Of a DNA stretch of 64,000 bases, positions 56,666 through 64,000 are shown in pieces (within the stretch, counting starts at the first letter, position 1; the number at the start of each line of letters is the position of its first letter). The notes under the pieces were generated by a model. That model saw only the letters and a program-made list of their open reading frames with translations, was not told where the DNA came from and did not search any database. The stretch is from Spirochaetia bacterium (GTDB lineage Bacteria > Spirochaetota > Spirochaetia > DSM-2461): assembly GCA_963668315.1 (NCBI GenBank), contig OY764216.1:4064001-4128000 (forward strand), in the 5' to 3' direction. The position numbers and the translations under genes were made by a program.

Positions 56666-58140
56666 ACCTCCTTGGTTTCCAATAGTAAATTATTTATTTC
56701 ATCGTCGTCCTCCCGGGATTCCCGCGGGGATACCCGCAGATAGGACCCGGCGATGGCGACCAGAATCAGACAGAAAAGAACAATGAACGCCAGGCGGAAC
56801 CCCCGGCTTATCAGGGCCATGTCATTTCCGGCGAGCTCTGCCTTGGCCCCGTCGTAGACCGCGCCCTTCAGGCGGGCGGGCAGGCCGGATGTCACCACCA
56901 TGAGGGAAAGGGCCGTACTGATGACGGTACCCATATTCTGGATCATGGAGCGCATGCCGTTGGCGATACCCCGGCGGTTCACCGGTACGGTCAGCATGAT
57001 GGATTTGGTATTGGGCGTCATGAAAACGCCCGATCCGAAGCCGATCAGAAACTGCCCCGCCGCGATAAAGGGAAAACTGGCGCCGGGATGCATATTTAGG
57101 ATCAGAAACAGCATGCCCAGAGCCGCAAGGGCGAGCCCCGAAGTGGACAGTTTCACCGTACTGTATTTCCGGCTGAGCACTCCCACCAGGGGCGAGGCGA
57201 TCAGCATACCCAGGGTGATGGGCAGAACCTTGAGCCCCGCGCCGAAGGTGTTCTCCTTATCCATGACCTGGAAAAAGAGAGCGATAAGGAGCACCACCGA
57301 AGAACGGGCCAGGGAATTCAGGAAGTTGGAGAAGTTTGCCATGCAGTATTCCCGGTTCCTGAAGAGATTGAAATCGATGGTGGGACAGGAAGTCCGTTTT
57401 TCCCAATAGATGAATACAATTGTAAAGACGGCAAAAAGGACCAGTCCGGCTATGACCGAAGGAGCCTTCCAGCCGACAACCCCTCCCTGGGAGAGGGAGA
57501 AGATAAAGCCGCCCAATCCCAGAAAAATACAGAGATTCCCGAAGTAATCGATCTTTTCATCCAGGATGCGTCCCCGGGAAGGCTTGAGAATGAGAAGGCC
57601 CAGGATAAATCCCAGCAGCCCCAAAGGCACGTTGAACCAGAACACCCAGCGCCAGCCCAGGCGGTAAACGAGCAGTCCCCCGATAACCGGCCCCAGCAGC
57701 TGGGAAGCGGAGGAAACCAGTACATTAATACCCAGTGCCACCCCCAGATCCTTTTCAGGGAAGGAATCGGTGATATAGGGTGTCGTGTTTGTCACGACCA
57801 GAGCCCCGCCCACGGCCTGAAGAACACGCAGAACGATTAAAAGCCCAACGGAGTTGACAAATCCGCATAAGAAGCTGACAAGAGTCACCAGCCCCAGACC
57901 GGCCAGATAGAGCTTCCGCCTGCCGAAGATGTCCGCCGTCTTCCCGAATACCAGGATCAGGATGGAATTGACCAGCATATAGGAGAGAAGAATCCAGTTG
58001 GTCGCCAGCGGTCCGGCATGAAAAAAGCTGGAAATAACCGGCAGCACCACGTTGAGAGAGCTCATATTCAGAAAAACGACCATGACTCCCAGACTGGTGA
58101 CGATCAGAAGATGCCAGGGATATTTTGAATCCTCCATCAA
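56662..58140 (-). CDS. MFS transporter (DHA2, 14-TM)
   Basis: GKTADIFGRRK, RVLQAVGG, GPVIGG, GWRWVFWFNVP. Confidence 0.92.
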   Translation of the reverse strand: MMEDSKYPWHLLIVTSLGVMVVFLNMSSLNVVLPVISSFFHAGPLATNWILLSYMLVNSILILVFGKTADIFGRRKLYLAGLGLVTLVSFLCGFVNSVGLLIVLRVLQAVGGALVVTNTTPYITDSFPEKDLGVALGINVLVSSASQLLGPVIGGLLVYRLGWRWVFWFNVPLGLLGFILGLLILKPSRGRILDEKIDYFGNLCIFLGLGGFIFSLSQGGVVGWKAPSVIAGLVLFAVFTIVFIYWEKRTSCPTIDFNLFRNREYCMANFSNFLNSLARSSVVLLIALFFQVMDKENTFGAGLKVLPITLGMLIASPLVGVLSRKYSTVKLSTSGLALAALGMLFLILNMHPGASFPFIAAGQFLIGFGSGVFMTPNTKSIMLTVPVNRRGIANGMRSMIQNMGTVISTALSLMVVTSGLPARLKGAVYDGAKAELAGNDMALISRGFRLAFIVLFCLILVAIAGSYLRVSPRESREDDDEINNLLLETKEV

Positions 58141-59495
58141 GTCTCCTCCGATCTGTCGGGAGAGCAGAGGTGAATCAGTGAAAGCATATCTTTCTCTTCT
58201 TCCAGATTCCAGATGGTTGTGAGGATCTCTTTCTGCCGTTCCGGGGTATAAACCGATTTGGTCAGCTGCCGGAATTTTTCCTCAATCTCCTCTATGGAAA
58301 GGGGAACGCCCGGTCCTCCCTTGGCGATGGAACAGCTGCGGCGGAACTCCTTCCCCCCTCTCGTTACAACGGTCACGTAGGCCGGCATTTCGGTGGGATA
58401 ATTTTTCTCGCACTCTTCTGTGGCCACCACTTCGGTCAGGGAGGCGATTTTACGCACGCGGGTATCTTCAAACAGGTGAGGAGCAAAGCAGTCCTGATCC
58501 GGTTCCCCCCCATAGCACAGGATCCCCAGAGCGTAGGGGATGGAAAATTTGGCCGCCAGAACATTCTTCGGATCGGTACTGCACAGCCCGGCCGCCCGGC
58601 TGTATGTCTCTACTTTTATGGATGCTATATCATCGGGGCAGACCCCATCCTTCTCCAGGATCTCCTTCATGGCATCAATGGGAGCATGGCTGTATCGGCA
58701 GAACGCATAGGGTTTGAAGTAGTTGTCCCTGATCTCCCATTTGCCGTAATCCTTTTCCAGAGGCAGCGTATCCAGCCCTTTTCCCAGAGCCTCGGTGAAA
58801 ACATATGTCAGATTGTCCCGGGGCGCGGTAAAACCGGCTTCCACCATTTCGGGAAGGGCGATGGCCGCTTCGGCGCAGTGGCCCATGTAGGCGTTCCTGA
58901 CCAGAGCTCCCTCCAGAGCTGCGGTCCACATGGTGGGCAGGGCAAAGCTGGCGCTCATAAGGAGCCCTTCGGCAAAGGCTTCATCATCGGTTTCCGCCAG
59001 AAGCATGGCCGCCGCCGCGGCTCCGGCGACACCCCATCCCCCGTGACCGTGGGCCTGGGGATTCAGGGTAACCGCCCGGCCGAAACGGGAGGACACCTCG
59101 TAACCGGCCAGCAGATATTCCAGAAATGTCTTCCCCGGAACGGAGCGGCCCTGAACGCGGGTAAGAAGGGTGGGAATGACATGGGCGCCGGGATGCCCCT
59201 TGCTCCACTGGTGTCCCTCGTCCATCTCGGTGGCCACGGACCCGCATCCGTTCATAAAGGCCGCCTCCTTCGCGCTGAGGGAGACGGGAGTCCCGATAAC
59301 CGCAAAGGGGCCGTCCTCCCATCCCTTCCTCTTCTCCTGAAGAGCCCGGTTTTCCGGTGTATTGTTACCGAAAACAAGGGCGCCGAGGGAATCTATCAGT
59401 GTCAGTTTCAACGCTTCCCGGGTTTCCCTGTCGCAGGTTTCCCAGGAGGCGGATCTTATCCGTTTAATCAATGGTTTTAAATCAATCATCATCAC
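58137..59495 (-). CDS. MmgE/PrpD family protein
   Basis: AAFMNG...EMDEG....GHP, KPYAFCRYSH, AKFSIPY. Confidence 0.9.
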   Translation of the reverse strand: MMMIDLKPLIKRIRSASWETCDRETREALKLTLIDSLGALVFGNNTPENRALQEKRKGWEDGPFAVIGTPVSLSAKEAAFMNGCGSVATEMDEGHQWSKGHPGAHVIPTLLTRVQGRSVPGKTFLEYLLAGYEVSSRFGRAVTLNPQAHGHGGWGVAGAAAAAMLLAETDDEAFAEGLLMSASFALPTMWTAALEGALVRNAYMGHCAEAAIALPEMVEAGFTAPRDNLTYVFTEALGKGLDTLPLEKDYGKWEIRDNYFKPYAFCRYSHAPIDAMKEILEKDGVCPDDIASIKVETYSRAAGLCSTDPKNVLAAKFSIPYALGILCYGGEPDQDCFAPHLFEDTRVRKIASLTEVVATEECEKNYPTEMPAYVTVVTRGGKEFRRSCSIAKGGPGVPLSIEEIEEKFRQLTKSVYTPERQKEILTTIWNLEEEKDMLSLIHLCSPDRSEET

Positions 59496-60814
59496 GCCCC
59501 TAGCAGCGGCAGCAGCTCGTTCATATCCTCGATAGTTTCAAGCCGCTCCACCAGGTCAATTATTTTTTCCCTGCGGGACTCATCCCAGAGGAAAGAGGTC
59601 ATTCCATGGAATTTCTCTTTAAGTTCTTCATCGCTCAGGGGAAGAGAAAAATCCCCCTTGATCTCGGTAATCATCAGTTCCATGGGTTCCTTTTCTTTCC
59701 TGATGACTTTGATCCTCATGGCCCTCGTATCGGGCAGCCACGAATTGAGTTCTTCATCCTCCCGGACGGAGATCTTTCCGGCCAGGTCTCTTATCTCTGT
59801 GTCTCTGATAACGGGAAAGGTCATCTCTTCGGCCGTAACCTGTCCCCTGAGCAGCATGGCCGCCGCCGTAAAGGGGATGGAAAAGCGGGCGGAAAGGATC
59901 TGGTCGGGGCGGGTTTCCCTTAGCATAGCGGCCGCTTTATAGGCCTCCACTTCGATTCGCTCCACCTCGCAGGCTTTCAGTCCCTGAGCCATAAGCTCCT
60001 TGAGGCCGTCCAGCACGCCGTGGGTATAACGGCAGCTCGGATAGAGCTTCATATAATTTTTTTCAATATAAAGAAGCCCCCGCTCCGTTTCGCCCAGCTT
60101 TTTTCCGTCCAGAGCGGTTCCCAGGATCTCCGTAAACAGGGAAACGACCACTTCCGGTTCGCTGAAGATTCCCGTTTCCACCATGGCCGGTACCATAAGA
60201 CCGTGAAGATTGCTGAGTCCCACATAGGCGTCGCGCACATTGGCCCCGGCGAAGACGCTGGCCCAGGCGGTGGGCATGGGAATACTGTTGGCCAGGATCA
60301 GGGCCTTATGGATAAACTCCCGGCTCCTGCCTTGCAGCTTCGAAACGGCCGCCGCCGCGCTGGCCGTTCCCCAGTTGCCGTGGGGATGGACTTTCGCGGT
60401 CAGGGAAACCGCGCTTCCCCACAGAACCGCCGTCTCGTAGGCGGCCACCATAACGGTAAGGAAATCCTTTCCCGAATAGCGGCCTTTCCGGATTTCTGAG
60501 AGCAGAGCCGGAAGAAAATGGGAGGCCGGATGCCCCTTGGCAAACTGATTCCCCTCATCCAGTTCTGTGGAAACCATAGCCGTTCCGTTCAGGAAGGCGG
60601 CCCACTCCCCCGAAGCGGTTCCCTCTTTTCCCACGACGCAGGAAGGGCCCTCTCCCAGGCTTTCCGGACTTTTCAGCAGAGCCGATCCGGCGGCCATGGC
60701 GGCCAGGGAATCGAGAAGCACCCGCTTTGCCGAGGCGATGATATTCTTATTCAAATTCTCAAACCGGAGGGATTCAATCCATTGAGCCTGTGCTTCAAGT
60801 GCTTCTTTAATCAT
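59492..60814 (-). CDS. MmgE/PrpD family protein
   Basis: AAFLNG...ELDEG....GHP, HPHG, KLYPSCRYTH, ARFSIPF. Confidence 0.9.
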   Translation of the reverse strand: MIKEALEAQAQWIESLRFENLNKNIIASAKRVLLDSLAAMAAGSALLKSPESLGEGPSCVVGKEGTASGEWAAFLNGTAMVSTELDEGNQFAKGHPASHFLPALLSEIRKGRYSGKDFLTVMVAAYETAVLWGSAVSLTAKVHPHGNWGTASAAAAVSKLQGRSREFIHKALILANSIPMPTAWASVFAGANVRDAYVGLSNLHGLMVPAMVETGIFSEPEVVVSLFTEILGTALDGKKLGETERGLLYIEKNYMKLYPSCRYTHGVLDGLKELMAQGLKACEVERIEVEAYKAAAMLRETRPDQILSARFSIPFTAAAMLLRGQVTAEEMTFPVIRDTEIRDLAGKISVREDEELNSWLPDTRAMRIKVIRKEKEPMELMITEIKGDFSLPLSDEELKEKFHGMTSFLWDESRREKIIDLVERLETIEDMNELLPLLGA

Positions 60815-60815
60815 T

Positions 60816-61526
60816 TTAATGTCCCAGATAGGCGGATTTTATTTTTTCGCTGTTCAGAAGTTCGTCCCGGGAGCCTTCCAGAACGATCCGGCCGTTCTCC
60901 ATGACATAACTGCGGTCCGAAAGGGCCACCGCCTCCTTGGCGTTCTGCTCCACCAGAAGGACAGTCACACCGTGGCTTTTAATCGTCTTGATCGTCTCAA
61001 AGACCTCTTTCGTCAGCAGGGGGGATAAGCCGATGGAAGGCTCATCCAGGATCAGCAGCTTGGGTGCGGACATCAGTCCCCGGGCGATAGCCACCATCTG
61101 CTGCTGGCCGCCGCTCATGGTCCCCACGATCTGCGCCTTTCTCTCTTTCAGAATGGGAAACAGTTCGTAGCAGAAATCCAGATTGGCCTTTTTGATTCTC
61201 CGCGCCTCATAGGTGTAAGCCCCCAGTTCCAGGTTCTCCAGAACAGTCATATCCGTAAAGAGCTGCCGTCCCTCGGGAACCTGAACCAGACCCCTCTGAA
61301 CGATCTCGTTCTGGGGAATATTGTCGATACGCCGGTCCTGAAAATGGATCTCTCCGGCACTGTTATGGACAAATCCCGAAATCGTTCTTAACAGGGTGGT
61401 CTTTCCCGCTCCGTTGGAACCGATCAGGGAGACGAATTCCGTCGGTTTTACATGAAAGGACACCTCATGGAGAACTTTCAGCTCCCCGTATCCCGAAGAT
61501 AGATTTTCCACTCTTAGCATTGTCAC
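60816..61526 (-). CDS. Branched-chain-amino-acid-type ABC ATPase (LivF-like)
   Basis: GSNGAGKTT, VPEGRQLF, MSGGQQQM, DEPSIGL. Confidence 0.93.
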   Translation of the reverse strand: MTMLRVENLSSGYGELKVLHEVSFHVKPTEFVSLIGSNGAGKTTLLRTISGFVHNSAGEIHFQDRRIDNIPQNEIVQRGLVQVPEGRQLFTDMTVLENLELGAYTYEARRIKKANLDFCYELFPILKERKAQIVGTMSGGQQQMVAIARGLMSAPKLLILDEPSIGLSPLLTKEVFETIKTIKSHGVTVLLVEQNAKEAVALSDRSYVMENGRIVLEGSRDELLNSEKIKSAYLGH

Positions 61527-62236
61527 ACTCCTCCCAGATAGGCTTCGATAACCATCGGGTCTTCCATAACGGCCTTGGGCGTGCCCTCGGCGATTTTTTC
61601 TCCATGGTGAATAACCATCACCTTGTCGGAGAGCTTGGTCACGGCCTGCATGAGATGCTCGATAAAACAGACGGTGATGCCGCTCTCCCGAATTTTGTAG
61701 ATAAGGCCGATCATTTCCTCCACCTCCACGGGGTTCAGACCGGACATCACCTCATCCAGGAATAGCAGCTGAGGCTGAGTCGCCAGGGCCCGGGCCATCT
61801 CGACTTTTTTCTGTTCCACGAAGGTCAGATCCTTCATGCGGATATCGGCTTTTTGGGAAAGGCCGACAAAATGGAGCCTCTCCCGGGCCAGCTCTGAAGC
61901 TTCGGCCGCTTTCTTGATGCGGTTGAAAGCGCCGACCATAACATTTTCCCTGAGCGTCAGGTTTCCGAAGGGCTGGACAATCTGAAAGGTACGGGCGATA
62001 CCGGCCTTGCAGATAAACTCAGGCTTCCAGCCGGTGATCTCCTCCCCGTTGAACTCGATGGCCCCCTCCTCGGGTGTATAGAAACCGCAGACCGTATTGA
62101 AAAAGGTACTCTTGCCCGCCCCGTTCGGACCGACGATACCGACGATCGATCCCTTCTCCACTTCCAGATTCACACCGTTGACGGCGACAAGACCCTTAAA
62201 ACGCTTTGTGACGCCGGATACTTTCAATATAGACAT
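61523..62236 (-). CDS. Branched-chain-amino-acid-type ABC ATPase (LivG-like)
   Basis: GPNGAGKST, GIARTFQ, IEH, VIEAYLG. Confidence 0.93.
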   Translation of the reverse strand: MSILKVSGVTKRFKGLVAVNGVNLEVEKGSIVGIVGPNGAGKSTFFNTVCGFYTPEEGAIEFNGEEITGWKPEFICKAGIARTFQIVQPFGNLTLRENVMVGAFNRIKKAAEASELARERLHFVGLSQKADIRMKDLTFVEQKKVEMARALATQPQLLFLDEVMSGLNPVEVEEMIGLIYKIRESGITVCFIEHLMQAVTKLSDKVMVIHHGEKIAEGTPKAVMEDPMVIEAYLGGV

Positions 62237-63249
62237 TATTCGCTCCTCCCCTGCTTAACAGACTTGAGAAAGGGGATTCTTTCCTTAACAACACTCCAGA
62301 CCTTGAGAAGAGGCTTTTTGATCCGGTCGAAAATACTGACGATGCCGTCGGGCAGAAACAGAATGATCACGATTACCAGAACGCCGTAGATGACCAGATG
62401 GAGACCGGGAAACCGGCTGAAGTAGGCGCTGGTGATCTCGCTGAGGGGCACCGTAAAGAGAGCGCCGACCAAAGGACCCCAGACCGATCCGGTTCCGCCT
62501 ATTACCGCGGGAAGGAGAATATCCACCGAGGTGGAGTTGCCGAAGGCTTTCACCGGATCGATGTACAGAATGTACTGGGTATAGAAGGAGCCGCCGACCG
62601 CGGTGAGAAGGGAACTGAGCCCGATGGCGATCATCTTATTTTTGTAGGTATTCACACCGAGGGACTGGGCGGCGTCTTCGTTTTCCCTGATGGCGACCAG
62701 GTCGAATCCCAGTCTGGAACGGCTGATCTTCCCTGTCAGGAAGGTGATCAGAACCAGGAAGAGGCCGATAACGTAGTAGTACCCCTGCCCCGTATTGAAC
62801 TGGAAGTTCATAAAACCGGGCTTAAGAGGAACCAGTACGCCCATGGTCTTGTTCATGAAAGCCGTATTTTCCACAATGATCCGGCAGATCTCGGCAAAGG
62901 CCAGCGTCGCCAGGGTAAAGTAGGCACCCTTCAGATGGTAGCGGAAGCTGAGGAATCCGATGAACAGACCCACCAGGGCCGCCAGTGCGGCGCCGGCCAG
63001 GGTGCCGATCCAGGGATTGATTCCGAGCTTCACGAAAAGCAGGGACGATGTATAGGCTCCGATTCCGTAGAAAGCGCCGTGGCCGAAGGAAAACTGTCCC
63101 GAGTAGCCGCTCATGATATTCCAGGCCTGACTCACATAGGCATAGAACATCAGCATAATGACCATATGAAGGAAATAATCGTTCACCATAAAGGGAAGAG
63201 AGGCGAACAGGGCCAGAATTATTGCTGCAAAAATCAGTTTTTTCATCAT
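62236..63249 (-). CDS. Branched-chain-amino-acid-type ABC permease (LivM-like)
   Basis: GYSGQFSFGH.AFYGIGAY, AIRENEDAAQSLG. Confidence 0.93.
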   Translation of the reverse strand: MMKKLIFAAIILALFASLPFMVNDYFLHMVIMLMFYAYVSQAWNIMSGYSGQFSFGHGAFYGIGAYTSSLLFVKLGINPWIGTLAGAALAALVGLFIGFLSFRYHLKGAYFTLATLAFAEICRIIVENTAFMNKTMGVLVPLKPGFMNFQFNTGQGYYYVIGLFLVLITFLTGKISRSRLGFDLVAIRENEDAAQSLGVNTYKNKMIAIGLSSLLTAVGGSFYTQYILYIDPVKAFGNSTSVDILLPAVIGGTGSVWGPLVGALFTVPLSEITSAYFSRFPGLHLVIYGVLVIVIILFLPDGIVSIFDRIKKPLLKVWSVVKERIPFLKSVKQGRSE

Positions 63250-64000
63250 TTTTTCACCTTCCCGCCGAAGATTCCGTTCGGCCTGAGCATAAGAACCAGG
63301 ACGAAGAGAACGAAAGTCAGAATCTCTTTCCAGCTTCCCGACATATAGGCTCCTCCCACCGATTCGGCCAGACCGATCAAAAGGCCGCCGACCAGGGCGC
63401 CTACGAAGTTGCCCAGACCGCCGAGAACGACCACGACGAATCCTCTGGTGACGAAGCTCGCTCCCACGGTGGGAGTGGCGTAGAAGAAGGGTACGATGAG
63501 AGAACCGGCAATACCGGCCAGAGCCGTGCCGAGACCGAAGGTCATATAATTAATCCACTTTACATTGATTCCAACGATAGCCGCGCCGCTTCGGGTATTC
63601 GCCGTAGCGCGGATCGCTTTTCCCAGTGTCGTTTTTTTCAAAAGCCAGAAAAGGAAAGCCGTCAGCACCAGGGTGAACAGAAAGGCAATTCCCCTGGGTT
63701 TATTTATCAGAAGAGATCCCACTTCGATGGGCGACTGAAGTGACGGAAGGGAGAGAGAACGGGGATCGGGGCTGCAGGTCAGCAGTATGAGGTTCTCCAG
63801 CACCATCATGATACCCATGGTCACGAGCAGCTGATTGTGCTCGGGGGCGTCCATCGTCTTCTGCAGAAGTGTCCCCTGCAGCAGGAGTCCCAAGACGAAA
63901 AGGGCGATAATTGAAACGGGGATGGTGATATAGGGACTTATCCCCATGGCGTTGCTGAGACCGTAGGTAATGTACATTCCCAGCATCATGAATGATCCCT
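63246..64000 (-). CDS. Branched-chain-amino-acid-type ABC permease (LivH-like), 5' truncated by the window edge
   Basis: GKAIRA, GINV, VVVLGGLGN..GA..GG, RPNGIFG. Confidence 0.92.
   Translation of the reverse strand, partial: GSFMMLGMYITYGLSNAMGISPYITIPVSIIALFVLGLLLQGTLLQKTMDAPEHNQLLVTMGIMMVLENLILLTCSPDPRSLSLPSLQSPIEVGSLLINKPRGIAFLFTLVLTAFLFWLLKKTTLGKAIRATANTRSGAAIVGINVKWINYMTFGLGTALAGIAGSLIVPFFYATPTVGASFVTRGFVVVVLGGLGNFVGALVGGLLIGLAESVGGAYMSGSWKEILTFVLFVLVLMLRPNGIFGGKVKK

Noticed and set aside
58137..60814. prpD/methylcitrate cycle call
   Set aside because: No prpB/prpC nearby; the sequences look like divergent family members.
1..64000. CRISPR arrays, tRNA/rRNA, IS elements, prophage or defence systems
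   Set aside because: No regularly spaced repeats, RNA-gene signatures, or transposase/integrase/phage motifs recognised by eye.

Overview
64 kb of bacterial chromosome, probably from a free-living anaerobic spirochete (inferred from the MurD N-terminus MGLGLNGGG and 'FASGGQD/AASGD'-type binding-protein leaders; not verified). It is densely coding (~58 CDS, mostly on the minus strand). I recognised no rRNA, tRNA, CRISPR array or mobile element. Main blocks: (1) metal-handling genes (1-2873); (2) a D-amino-acid/5-oxoproline operon (DUF1445, DUF4392, pxpB-A-C, D-amino-acid transaminase, alr) next to murD (3447-11127); (3) a patatin/beta-barrel protein followed by a candidate regulated sRNA (11313-13741); (4) a ~25 kb organophosphate, probably inositol-phosphate, island with three ABC systems, two PfkB kinases carrying PPi-dependent-type motifs, several phosphatases, a MINPP-type phytase, a GDPD and LacI/DeoR regulators with visible operators (17332-42090); (5) two histidine kinases plus a receiver-PP2C protein; (6) a stand-alone DRE-TIM aldolase preceded by a clear Phe/Tyr leader-peptide attenuator, the most striking signal, suggesting an unrecognised aromatic-amino-acid biosynthetic enzyme; (7) a TetR-controlled flavinylated lipoprotein reductase, peptidases and an OYE; (8) a Liv-ABC/2xPrpD/MFS/amidase/cyclic-amidohydrolase catabolic operon that runs off the right edge. 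All family calls come from motif recognition by eye, without database searches.
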